Shown: positions 18,880 to 28,359 of the stretch, piece after piece
How positions within the stretch are numbered: the first letter of the stretch is position 1
How the letters are laid out: each line of letters begins with the position of its first letter
Source of the DNA: an uncultured Acidimicrobiia bacterium
GTDB taxonomy: Bacteria; Actinomycetota; Acidimicrobiia; Spongiisociales; UBA5794
DNA length: 64,000 nt
NCBI GenBank assembly: GCA_963714375.1
Contig: CAVQOG010000002.1
Location: forward strand, 133,611 to 197,610
Direction of reading: 5' to 3'
Notes under the pieces: model-generated
Seen by the model: the letters and a program-made list of their open reading frames with translations, nothing else
The model's database searches: none
Told to the model about the DNA's origin: nothing
Made by a program: the position numbers and the translations under genes

Positions 18880-19569
18880 CTACGGTTGGGGCCGCTCACC
18901 AGAGTCCCGATTGTTTCGGTACATGGTTGTTATGTCATTCGAGTAGCGATCCATCAGCACGCCAAACCGATCCGCCTCATCGGTGTCGCCCGAGCGAAGA
19001 CCCATCGCCATCGCTCCGAACTTCGCTCCTCGAAAGTAGGTTCGCAGGTCACCGAACGGCATGGCCCTCGGCCCCGGCTCAGGTTTCCCGCGACTTGGGG
19101 CTTGCTGCTCAACCGGTGGCAATGCAAGATCGCGGAGGACACCGAGTGCATCGTCCTCTGGGCAGCGATCGGCATAATCCCGACTGACAATTCGCAGGAG
19201 TTCCTCTCCGTTGGGGCCGATCAGGACAGTCGCCGGGATTGCCAAGCCTCGTGGATCGTCGAGGTTCACGAGATCGTACGGCTCAACGGCAAGCGTCCGA
19301 TCGGGATCTGACAGCATCGGGAACGGCAGATTGAGTTTTTCGACCATTGCTGCGTGCTGCCCCGGAGAGTCGACGTCGATTGCTGCCACAACTGCTCCCG
19401 CTTCGAGGTATTCGTTGTGTCTTAGTGCCACGCTGACCAGCTGGCCGTTGCAGTACGGTCACCAATCTCCGCGCAAGAACAGGAGGACGACGCCATGACC
19501 ACGCTGGTCGGAGAGCGTCCAAGGGTCACGGGCCTGGTCAAGCAGGCTGAAGTCCGGCGCGTGCTGCAT
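18880..19569 (-). CDS. Peroxiredoxin/redoxin-like (AhpC/TSA) selenoprotein with UxxC motif; Sec at 19461-19459
   Basis: In-frame extension of ORF 18880..19431 through TGA gives MQHAPDFSLLDQARDPWTLSDQRGHGVVLLFLRGDW-U-PYCNGQL..., a complete AhpC/TSA N-terminus; GGAG immediately upstream of ATG 19569. Confidence 0.88.
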
Positions 19570-19609
19570 CACTCCACCATAGGCTGCCAGCCGCTGTCAC
19601 GGAGGTGGA

Positions 19610-19948
19610 TCAGGCTCCCTCGATCGCTGCAAGGAGTTCGTGGTCGACGATGCGGTCGTACTCGGGGTGCCGTTTGATCCATGCTCTGACGAAGGGACAC
19701 AACGGCACCACGGTGCCACCGTCGACGGCGACCTCATCGAGGGCTGCCTCGATCAACCTTGAGCCAAGGCCTTGTTGCCCGAAGCTCGGGTCGATCTCTG
19801 TGTGGACGAATAGGTGACGCCCCCGTCGGATGTGGTAGACAGCGAACCCGGCCGTCTTTCCCTCGACTTGGATCACGAAGCGATGCTGTTCGACGTCGTT
19901 GAAGACCTTGATTTGGTCCGGCTTGACGGTTTCGGCCTCCTCGTTCAC
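19610..19948 (-). CDS. Small GNAT acetyltransferase (YjdJ/Acetyltransf_CG type)
   Basis: HTEIDPSFGQQGLGSRL...VVPLCPFV..WIKRHPEY. Confidence 0.88.
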   Translation of the reverse strand: MNEEAETVKPDQIKVFNDVEQHRFVIQVEGKTAGFAVYHIRRGRHLFVHTEIDPSFGQQGLGSRLIEAALDEVAVDGGTVVPLCPFVRAWIKRHPEYDRIVDHELLAAIEGA

Positions 19949-20913
19949 AGCACGTCCGCTGGGATTGATCCAAGCTTGCCGCGCTGGAAATCATCAAAGG
20001 CCTGAGCAAGTTCGGCGTGTGTGTTCATGACGAACGGCCCCATCCAAGCGACGGTCTCACCAATGGGTCGACCGCCGAGGATCAAGACGTCCATCGACGG
20101 ACTGCGCGATTCCTGCTTCGGGTCGGCTGTCACGGTGAGGGTCTCGCCCGACCCGAAGAGAGCGAGCTGGCCCGAAGTGATGGGACGTCGTTGCTTACCC
20201 ACCGTTCCTTGTCCGTTCAGGACGTAGGCAACAGCGTTGAAGTCCGACCGCCATGGCAGATGCAGCCTGGCGTCTGGCGCCAATGTGGCATGGATCATCG
20301 TGATGGGCGTATGGGTGCTTCCTGGCCCGGAATGGTCGCCAAGGTCGCCAGCGATCAGCCGAATGAGGGCACCACCATCGGCAGAGCCCAGCAGCACGAC
20401 GTCGTCGCCCCGAAGGTCCTGATAGGCGGGCGGTATGAACTTCTCAGACGCAGGAAGGTTCACCCACAACTGGAACCCATGAAAGAGACCACCGGACATC
20501 ACAAGATGTTCCGGAGGGGTCTCGATGTGGAGGATTCCCGCTCCTGCGGTCATCCACTGGGTGTCGCCGTTGGTGATCAGCCCTCCGCCTCCCTGGGAGT
20601 CGCGGTGGGCGAACTCGCCGTCGATCATGTAGGTGACGGTCTCAAACCCACGGTGTGGGTGCCATGGCGTCCCCTTCGGTTCACCCGGCGCGTATTCGAC
20701 TTCGCCCATCTGATCGAGGTGAATAAACGGATCGAGGTCAGCAAGATCGACGCCGGCAAAGGCACGATGTACGGGAAATCCTTCACCCTCAAACCCTCGA
20801 GGAGCCGTCGTGATGGACCTCACGGGCCGGTCGATCGATGCCGAGTCCGGAGTTTCGACTGTGGGAAGAGTGAGGATGTTGGACACAGTTACTGCAGGCA
20901 TTGGTTGCTCCAT
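19945..20913 (-). CDS. Pirin family protein
   Basis: EGEGFPVHRAF, DPFIHLD, WHPHRGFETVTY, QWMTAGAGILHIE, GPFVMNT. Confidence 0.93.
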   Translation of the reverse strand: MEQPMPAVTVSNILTLPTVETPDSASIDRPVRSITTAPRGFEGEGFPVHRAFAGVDLADLDPFIHLDQMGEVEYAPGEPKGTPWHPHRGFETVTYMIDGEFAHRDSQGGGGLITNGDTQWMTAGAGILHIETPPEHLVMSGGLFHGFQLWVNLPASEKFIPPAYQDLRGDDVVLLGSADGGALIRLIAGDLGDHSGPGSTHTPITMIHATLAPDARLHLPWRSDFNAVAYVLNGQGTVGKQRRPITSGQLALFGSGETLTVTADPKQESRSPSMDVLILGGRPIGETVAWMGPFVMNTHAELAQAFDDFQRGKLGSIPADVL

Positions 20914-21072
20914 GCGAGACGCTTGCCTTACTCAACACCTTGTCTGAGCAAAGTCTTCCGTCAGGTATGTCCGCGTGGATTCGCTCCGGGTGCCAAAGCC
21001 ACGCCAGCTGTGCCATCGGCGTTCGATCGTTGTTGGGAAGTTCGCCCGATCCCTGAACCTGCCAGTTCTGGC

Positions 21073-21957
21073 CTAGACAGGGAGGTGTCGGTCGAGGAAG
21101 CTGGTGATCTCATCGACGTGAGCTTCAAAGGGTGCCAAGTCGCTGTGACCAGCCTCAGCAACCACCAGGATTTCGGTCTTGGGATTGGCGTCAGACAGCT
21201 CGTAGAGGTTGCTTATAGGGACCACCTGATCGGCGGCGCCGTGAACAAGCAGGACAGGCATTGTGACATCGACGATGCGGTTGCGCGGTGCGAAGTCATC
21301 GAATCGATGGCCGATTGTCCGTTGGATCGTCCAGAGAATGACGGTTCGAAGCGGTCCTGGAATACGCGCCATCTGCGCGCTCATCATGTCTCCGGGGTGG
21401 GCCGGTGCAGACACAGCAACGACCGCATCAAGCAAGTCGTTTCTCGACGCGCTATAGATGGCGGCACCCGCGCCAACCGAGTGGCCGATAACGCCTACGG
21501 ATGTCACCTCGCGATGACTCCGTGCCCACTCAGCAGCGACTTCAAGGTCTTCGGCAAAACGTGGCATGGATGTGAAGCGATCGTGTTCTGAAAGTCCGTG
21601 ATTGCGGGCATCGACGAACAGGGCGTGGTATCCGGCCTTGTGAAGGTGGGGAGCCAAAGGAAGCATCAGCGCGGCATTGCCGCCCCAGCCATGCAGGACG
21701 ATCACCATGGGCGCCCGGTGTTGCACCGGGATGAACCAAGCGTGCAGCCTTTTCCCACTGCTGCTGTCAAGCCACACCGATTCCTCCGGCAATCCGAGGT
21801 CAGCCGGTGTCTGACTGGTATCGCGCTGTGGTGGCGCGAACTTGCGTGCCAGAATCCGAGGAGCGGCGAAATATCCACCGACTACGACGGCGATCGGAAC
21901 CCACATCCATCGGAAGATTGTGCGGGCACGTCCACAGAAGGCCTTGGTGCTGCTCAT
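21073..21957 (-). CDS. Alpha/beta hydrolase with N-terminal membrane anchor
   Basis: HGWGGN, GHSVG nucleophile elbow, LLVHGAADQVVP, GH. Confidence 0.88.
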   Translation of the reverse strand: MSSTKAFCGRARTIFRWMWVPIAVVVGGYFAAPRILARKFAPPQRDTSQTPADLGLPEESVWLDSSSGKRLHAWFIPVQHRAPMVIVLHGWGGNAALMLPLAPHLHKAGYHALFVDARNHGLSEHDRFTSMPRFAEDLEVAAEWARSHREVTSVGVIGHSVGAGAAIYSASRNDLLDAVVAVSAPAHPGDMMSAQMARIPGPLRTVILWTIQRTIGHRFDDFAPRNRIVDVTMPVLLVHGAADQVVPISNLYELSDANPKTEILVVAEAGHSDLAPFEAHVDEITSFLDRHLPV

Positions 21958-22568
21958 GATTGACCAACGATCTGTCCGACCCCGCCTTCGATCAGGTCGA
22001 AGCAGTACGTGACGTGGTCTGGGAGACGAGAATTTCCGTCATCAGCCAGCCAGAAGCCGAGGGAGGCTCGCATCGCTGCGAGGGCGGCGCCAGCCACGAG
22101 TCTGGGGCGGATGTCCTTGTTTGCGTCGACACTGATCCATTCGGAGACGGCATCGGTCACGGCATCTTCCCAACTTGCCTGCAGCAAGAGGTTTCGGGCG
22201 GCCACGGACGGTGTCGACTGCATGATTCGGAAACGCCGCAACAGCTGTTCCCGTTCGGCTTCGTAGTCGGTCGCGACCGTCAGAAAAGCACCACGCAGCG
22301 CGTGCCATGGCGCCTGATCGCTTGGGCCGGTCTTGAGTGTGGCGACGATCTTCTGCAGTCGAGTCGAATAGTCGGCGAGGACCACATCTTCCTTGGACGG
22401 GAAGTAGTGAAAGAACGTCCTCGGAGATACGTCGGCAGCGGCGGCGATCTCGTCGATCGTCGTCCCGTCAAAGCCCTGCACCTCGAATAGGTCAAGGGCG
22501 GCGCGCTCGATCGCAATTCTGGTACGTCGTTTCTTGGTTTCCCGCAGCCCCGGTGATGTATCCGTCAT
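21954..22568 (-). CDS. TetR family regulator
   Basis: GLRETKKRRTR..I..AALDLF..QGFDGTTIDEIAAAADVSPRTFFHYFPSKEDV. Confidence 0.92.
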   Translation of the reverse strand: MTDTSPGLRETKKRRTRIAIERAALDLFEVQGFDGTTIDEIAAAADVSPRTFFHYFPSKEDVVLADYSTRLQKIVATLKTGPSDQAPWHALRGAFLTVATDYEAEREQLLRRFRIMQSTPSVAARNLLLQASWEDAVTDAVSEWISVDANKDIRPRLVAGAALAAMRASLGFWLADDGNSRLPDHVTYCFDLIEGGVGQIVGQS

Positions 22569-22585
22569 ATGGAGGAGTATGACAG

Positions 22586-22637
22586 AACTTTGCGTATAAT
22601 GCAAAGTTGCAGTAGCAGCAATAATGCGTAGACTGCA
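22586..22637. promoter_or_regulatory. Probable TetR operators in the divergent tetR/MMPL promoter
   Basis: Palindrome AACTTTGC-GTATAAT-GCAAAGTT (22586-22608) enclosing a TATAAT, followed by two more TGC-N7-GCA boxes. Confidence 0.7.
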
Positions 22638-22663
22638 AACACGATGCTCTCGTCGGAGGACCC

Positions 22664-24955
22664 ATGCTCACGAAACTCGCTCGATCCGCAGCCGCTCACC
22701 CATGGCGCTACCTGGCCGCATGGTTCGTGGTTGTAGCAATCCTTGCAGGTGCGGTGATCAGCATCGGGCCGGCATTCACTTCCAATATCACCGCACCGTC
22801 GTCTGAGAGCAGCAGGGGCCTCGACATCCTCGGGTCTGAGTTCCCAGCGGCCGGTGGAGACTCAGCAACGATCGTATTCAGGGCGGACAATGGCGTCGAA
22901 GATCCTGCCGTCAGGGCAGAAATGACGGGACTCTTCGAAGCCACGATGGACATCGAAGGAGTCATCAACGTCATCAGCCCGTACTCCCCCATCGGAACCA
23001 CCCAGATCTCCACAGCGGGAGACGACGCGGGGAAGGTGGCTTTCGCCCAACTCGTACTCGCAGCCGGCACCACCACTGCCGATGGAGCCCGCATCGCCGA
23101 CGAGATCGATGCACTGTCCCCAGACGTCGACGGCCTCACGATTGCTCTCGGCGGAGACATGTTCCGTCATCGCGAGCCTCCCAACTCCGAGATGCTCGGG
23201 CTCGCGTTTGCGATCTTCGTACTGATTCTCTCATTCGGCTCCGTGCTTGCCATGGGGCTGCCAATCGCCACGGCACTCGCCGGTGTTGGCACCGGTGTGC
23301 TTGCGACCGTCCTTTTGAGCAACGTCGTGGAAATGCCTGACTTCGCTGCGACCATCGGAATCATGATCGGCCTCGGCGTCGGCATCGACTACGCGCTGTT
23401 CATTGTGACGAGGTACCAAGAACACCTCGACAAAGGCGAACCTGTCGGTGATTCAGTTGCTGCGGCACTCGACACCGCCGGACGTGCGGTCCTCTTCGCC
23501 GGTGTCACCGTCGTGGTATCGCTTCTTGGCATGCTTCTCATGGGCGTCACATTCGTCACCGGGCTGGCAATCGCCGCCGCCACGACCGTACTGCTCACCA
23601 TGGCAGCCTCGGTAACCCTGCTCCCGGCCCTGATCGGCATCGCCGGTCAACGCATTCAGATCACCCGTCGGAGTGGCCTCATCGGTTCACTCCTCGCAGC
23701 GATCGCTCTCGTCGGTGTCGCCCTTGACCTGACCGTGCTGCGGTTCGCCGCGATCCTTGCGATCGTGGTAGTCATCGCTGGCCGCTTCCCAGGACCACTA
23801 AACAAGACAATCAACCTGAAATCTGACAAGCCGCTCGAGGAGACTGCTTCGTATCGGTGGAGCCGACTGGTTCAGCGACGAGCAACCATCATCACGATCT
23901 CGGCAACATTGCTGCTCATGGTCGTGGCCATCCCACTTTTGTCAATCCAGCTCGGGTTCGCCGACGCAGGGAATGACCCGGAGGGAACCACGACCAGGCA
24001 GGCGTATGACCTTCTTGAAGAAGGATTCGGACCGGGAGCCAACGGACCCCTGATTCTCGTCACGGAGCTCGGCCCTGACGCCACGTTCATGGACATCCAG
24101 GCGATCACCGCCACCCTCCAACAAGTCGAAGGGCTCGCCCAGGTGTCACCGGGCGTACCGAACGATCCACAGCAACCAACGGCAGTGTTGTGGCATCTGA
24201 TACCAGCAACTTCCCCGCAGGACCAGGCGACCACCGACCTCCTTCACACGCTGCGTGACGATGTTGTTCCACAGATCGACGGCGAAATGGGAACCGAAAT
24301 CCTGGTCACGGGCCCGGTTGCAGCGAACATCGACTTTTCCGACTATCTCTCGCAGCGGATCTGGTACTTCTACGGTGCTGTGCTGATGATCTCGTTTCTC
24401 TTCCTGATGACCGTGTTCCGTTCGATCCTTGTTCCACTCAAGGCTGTTGCGATGAACCTGCTCGCAATCGGCGCTGCCTATGGCATCGTGGTTGCGGTTT
24501 TCCAGTGGGGTTGGGCAGGATCCCTCCTTGGCATCGAACCTGGCCCGATCGAACCGTTCATCCCCATGATGCTGTTTGCCATCGTGTTCGGCCTGTCGAT
24601 GGACTATGAAGTCTTCCTTCTGACGCGAATCCGGGAGGAGTACGACCGGACCGGCGACAACAGTCAGGCAGTCACCGACGGGCTGACGGCAACCGCACGT
24701 GTGATCACTGCGGCAGCGCTCATCATGGTGTTCATCTTCGGCAGCTTCCTGCTCGAAGACCTCAGGACGATCAAGATCCTGGGATTGGGTCTCGCTGCGG
24801 CTGTAGCGATCGATGCGACTGTGATTCGGATGTTGCTGGTTCCCGCAACCATGGAGCTGTTGGGCGATAGGAACTGGTGGATCCCGCGCTGGCTCGACCG
24901 CGTCCTTCCGAATCTCGTTGTCGAGCCGACTCACCCGGCCACCCCGAAAACCTGA
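22664..24955 (+). CDS. MMPL/RND family transporter
   Basis: GVGIDYALFIVTRY, TAGRAVLFAG, GFGPG.NGPL, FGLSMDYEVFL, TARVITAAALIM, LLGDRNWW.P.WL. Confidence 0.93.
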   Translation: MLTKLARSAAAHPWRYLAAWFVVVAILAGAVISIGPAFTSNITAPSSESSRGLDILGSEFPAAGGDSATIVFRADNGVEDPAVRAEMTGLFEATMDIEGVINVISPYSPIGTTQISTAGDDAGKVAFAQLVLAAGTTTADGARIADEIDALSPDVDGLTIALGGDMFRHREPPNSEMLGLAFAIFVLILSFGSVLAMGLPIATALAGVGTGVLATVLLSNVVEMPDFAATIGIMIGLGVGIDYALFIVTRYQEHLDKGEPVGDSVAAALDTAGRAVLFAGVTVVVSLLGMLLMGVTFVTGLAIAAATTVLLTMAASVTLLPALIGIAGQRIQITRRSGLIGSLLAAIALVGVALDLTVLRFAAILAIVVVIAGRFPGPLNKTINLKSDKPLEETASYRWSRLVQRRATIITISATLLLMVVAIPLLSIQLGFADAGNDPEGTTTRQAYDLLEEGFGPGANGPLILVTELGPDATFMDIQAITATLQQVEGLAQVSPGVPNDPQQPTAVLWHLIPATSPQDQATTDLLHTLRDDVVPQIDGEMGTEILVTGPVAANIDFSDYLSQRIWYFYGAVLMISFLFLMTVFRSILVPLKAVAMNLLAIGAAYGIVVAVFQWGWAGSLLGIEPGPIEPFIPMMLFAIVFGLSMDYEVFLLTRIREEYDRTGDNSQAVTDGLTATARVITAAALIMVFIFGSFLLEDLRTIKILGLGLAAAVAIDATVIRMLLVPATMELLGDRNWWIPRWLDRVLPNLVVEPTHPATPKT

Positions 24956-24964
24956 TTTCTCGTC

Positions 24965-27253
24965 TCAACAGCGGTCCGCCCAGTTCTCAACCACGTCGTG
25001 GACCACCAGATCGTCGCTCGCCACGAAGGTTCGACGGCTCATTTCCCGACAGGAAGCGTCCCTTTCGACGGTGCTCCAGTCTCCGCGGGTATACGCGTAG
25101 GCGATAACGGAATTACGCGGCACCAGCATCGTGACCGATTGCGTCCTTTCGTCGATGGGAAGCACAAGGACGGACCACGGATTCCATACGGGAATCCCTG
25201 CACCAAACGCTCCGGGGACGAAGACCTCTCCCGAACCGGATGGCACCTCCACTTCGATGGTCACTTCCACGAGATCAAGCGTGGGGCCGTCAACGACGGG
25301 GAGATCCGGACACTGATCCGACGTGGTGAGAATCCAGCGATCCCCTGGCAGCCGAAACCACCGCGGATCCCCCGAGTAGCGAGCCTCCACCAGTGCCGTC
25401 ACCTTCTTGGTGCCTGCCACTGCTACCGCGTCGTTGCTCGGTGCGACACGAACCGGACCACCATCGACGAGGCACGCCGAACCAGTCGAAGCTGCAGAGA
25501 TGATCTCGATTTCCCGCCACGACACCCACGACGTGCTTGCAAGCGTTTCGACCCTGACCGACACGACATCGGTGAGCCCGGGACTGAACTCCGCCCCGAT
25601 GAGCATCTCCGGGCTGGTGAATCGCTCGATGTCTGCCACGAGGACGTCGCGGCCGTCGGACAGGGTTGCCCATACCCGATGGTGGCTGATTCCCGGTGGC
25701 CACTGATCCACACCCAAACCGATCTCATCCACCGTGGATGGCTCATCAAAATCGATTGCGATCCACTGTGGCGGATAGTCGCCAGACCCCCACCCTTCGA
25801 GGGAGTCATCAACAGCGTATTCGGCCGGCCTTGTGGGTTCGGAGCGTGACACTCGCGGTGTTGTGCCGGAGGTGAGGTCGACGGGCGCATCGGGTGGGAC
25901 CACGCACGCGTCTGGTTGCACCTTTGGCGAAAATGCCTCGAGAAGGAGCCCGCCGGAGTCGAGGAATGCCCATGCCGGACCCTCCTGGTCGTCTGGCCAC
26001 ACGTAGTAGCCCCAGTTGAGCCATCCATCCCACCCCGCCTCACATGACGCTGCAATAAACCGGTAGCCCCGTCCAAGCGCCGCTCGCGCCGACGGAACCG
26101 TTGCCTTCCCAGACCCGGTCTCACCCATCAATACGGGCTTCTCCTCATGACCCGGCATTCCGAAGTTCTCGGCATGCTCGGGCACCGTCAGGTCGGTGTC
26201 GTAGTAGGCGTGGAAATCGAAGAAATCGAGGTTCGCCTCGGTCATCAAGGGGGCGGTGTCGACGTACCAGTCGCCGCCGATGTATGTCTGATGCGGAAAC
26301 TGCGGCGTGAAGAAACCCATGGTCACCAAGGTGTCAGGGTCGTAGGCATCGATGACCTCACGGATTCGATCGATGAAGTACAGGACACCATCGACCACCA
26401 TCTGACGCTTCTGCTCTGCGTCGGCCATGTCATAGCTGCGACCGTTGGCGGTCTCCACAACACCGGTCCGGAGCGACAGCGGTTCGTAGGTCCCGTGGAG
26501 CCAGAACTCGTTGGTGAGCTGCCACCCGAGCAGTACCTCAAAGGGAGCACGTCGGTCAACCATTCCCGACAACAGGCCGTCCCAGAAGACCGCCTTCGCC
26601 TCGACCCCGCCTGTGTGGAGCCAGTCGGCGTTCTCCCGCCCGTCGAATCCTTCATGACCCTGCCGGTAGTACGAGTCAAAGACCTGCCAATACCCACCGA
26701 CATCGGGGAGGGAGTTGGCGGTCAGCAGCAGCCAGATACCCTCCTCGCCAGCGATGGTCATCACCTCTGCGATGTTGTCGAGATACTCCTCGTTGAGGCC
26801 CTGACCGGAATAGTTGGCAACGCACTCTGGCTGGGCACCACAGGTGTCGAGAAAGATCCGGGCTGTGTTGTATCCGTTCTCGACCAACGTCCGGAACGCA
26901 GTACGCACTCGCTCTGGGTCGTAGGTATTCGTGGCAAAGACTCTGTCCTCGTACCCACCGGCGGGGTTCGGTTGGAAATCCACGTAGTTGACGCCGCGAG
27001 GTACAAAACGCTCGCCCGTCGTCGTGTCGTAGAACTCCCCCACCCCGTCAACGACTCTGGTTCCTATCCGGTGTGCAACGGGTGGGGCTGTTGTCGTAGT
27101 TTGCGCAACGGTCGTGTCCGGCGATAGCAGAGTCGTCGTGGAGTCGCTGGGCAATGGCGTGGTGGTCGACGGTGCACCGCCACTGGTGCACGCAGAAAGG
27201 ACCACAGCCAAGCAAACAAGGAGTACCACACATCGGTACGTGCTCTTCGTCAA
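24965..27253 (-). CDS. Lipoprotein: GH5-like hydrolase + discoidin domain + C-terminal CBM20-like domain (paralog of 4532..6262)
   Basis: Lipobox VLSAC; GYNTARIF, WQLTNE, DFHAY, LMGETG; PPQWIAID..WREIEI; C-terminal VFVPG...W.P...Y.YTRGDW..VE. Confidence 0.8.
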   Translation of the reverse strand: MTKSTYRCVVLLVCLAVVLSACTSGGAPSTTTPLPSDSTTTLLSPDTTVAQTTTTAPPVAHRIGTRVVDGVGEFYDTTTGERFVPRGVNYVDFQPNPAGGYEDRVFATNTYDPERVRTAFRTLVENGYNTARIFLDTCGAQPECVANYSGQGLNEEYLDNIAEVMTIAGEEGIWLLLTANSLPDVGGYWQVFDSYYRQGHEGFDGRENADWLHTGGVEAKAVFWDGLLSGMVDRRAPFEVLLGWQLTNEFWLHGTYEPLSLRTGVVETANGRSYDMADAEQKRQMVVDGVLYFIDRIREVIDAYDPDTLVTMGFFTPQFPHQTYIGGDWYVDTAPLMTEANLDFFDFHAYYDTDLTVPEHAENFGMPGHEEKPVLMGETGSGKATVPSARAALGRGYRFIAASCEAGWDGWLNWGYYVWPDDQEGPAWAFLDSGGLLLEAFSPKVQPDACVVPPDAPVDLTSGTTPRVSRSEPTRPAEYAVDDSLEGWGSGDYPPQWIAIDFDEPSTVDEIGLGVDQWPPGISHHRVWATLSDGRDVLVADIERFTSPEMLIGAEFSPGLTDVVSVRVETLASTSWVSWREIEIISAASTGSACLVDGGPVRVAPSNDAVAVAGTKKVTALVEARYSGDPRWFRLPGDRWILTTSDQCPDLPVVDGPTLDLVEVTIEVEVPSGSGEVFVPGAFGAGIPVWNPWSVLVLPIDERTQSVTMLVPRNSVIAYAYTRGDWSTVERDASCREMSRRTFVASDDLVVHDVVENWADRC

Positions 27254-27619
27254 AGCGAGCCACGAATCGTCAGCACAACCAATACCTGTGCGGCAGTGAC
27301 ATGCCAGCTCCGAGTGGGTGTTCGAGCGATCTCACGATGTTCGAAACCCATCATTTCAATGGAATGTCGGCCGGAGTCGTGGCAAGCAGATCCCGTGGGG
27401 CAGTCTTGGTGTACTCGCGTCCACACACGTTGGCAACCATTGTGAAGTTGGTGTCGGGATCGCTGAAGAGAGTCCTCGACCTCAGTTTGTCCGAATCGGG
27501 GCTGTAGCCGAATTGTGGATGAGCGTCGGGGAGGTACTGCGTTCGCTCGAAGAATTGACCGGCCACCGATTATTGGTGGAACAGCCATTGAAGTTGTCGC
27601 ATAGCGACGGCGCTATCCA

Positions 27620-28210
27620 TCACGGGAGGCGACTCGCTACGGCTTCAGCGAGTTGCTGACCGAGCTCACGTCGTGTGGTTTCGTCCATATCGTCGAAACC
27701 TTGGACGACCACTTCGACCTTGTATGGCCCTTGCTGGACACGAACTGCGTAATAGCCTTCGTCAATCCGCTCGGCGGCCCGGTCACCGAGGCCGTCGATG
27801 AACACCCATACCTCCGCATTCAGGTCATCGAGCGTGGTGAATCCTTCGAGTGACACAACAGTGATAGTTGCACCATCTTGCTCGCCGTTCTGGAGAGAAC
27901 AGTCGTCGTATCCCGGAGACACCGTCACGGCGACCGGGCTCGCCCCTTCACCGAGACCGGCTTCGATCTCTTCTGGGGTCAGCAGCTCGCACACATCAAT
28001 GTTGAGAACCTCGACCTCACCCGATCCGCCCGTTTCGGTGGTGGTATCGGATGCCTGAGAACTATCAGATGCCTGGGAAACGGTCGTCGTGACCGCACTG
28101 TCGGCAACGTCGTCTGTCGTACTGTCCGAGCTACAGGCGGCTGCGAGCAGAAGCACTGCCGCGACCGCCACAATGAGGCGCAGCCGCGCTGTGACGAATG
28201 TCAATGTCAT
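27620..28210 (-). CDS. DUF3558-like lipoprotein
   Basis: Lipobox AAAC-SS; IDVCELLTPEEIEAGLG...DCSL...IDGLGDRA. Confidence 0.7.
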   Translation of the reverse strand: MTLTFVTARLRLIVAVAAVLLLAAACSSDSTTDDVADSAVTTTVSQASDSSQASDTTTETGGSGEVEVLNIDVCELLTPEEIEAGLGEGASPVAVTVSPGYDDCSLQNGEQDGATITVVSLEGFTTLDDLNAEVWVFIDGLGDRAAERIDEGYYAVRVQQGPYKVEVVVQGFDDMDETTRRELGQQLAEAVASRLP

Positions 28211-28359
28211 GACCGCTCCTTTGTGAACGGAATATCTGCGCAGGCTGCAATGGTATCAGGCCGCAAGCGACGCAACAAGATCGGCCGCCGCCCGCACGCT
28301 GGACGATCGCGCACCTGACCTGGCGATGATCTACTGGCGCAAAGGAGTGCACGAAATGG

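Noticed and set aside
20928-20951. TTACTCA-N10-TGAGCAA inverted repeat upstream of pirin as part of the LuxR motif
   Set aside because: Inverted rather than direct geometry and imperfect; it may be an unrelated operator, but support is weak
27351-27566. 71-aa minus-strand ORF between the GH5 and DUF3558-like genes
   Set aside because: It may be a gene remnant, but it has no RBS or recognisable motif, so I cannot support a call
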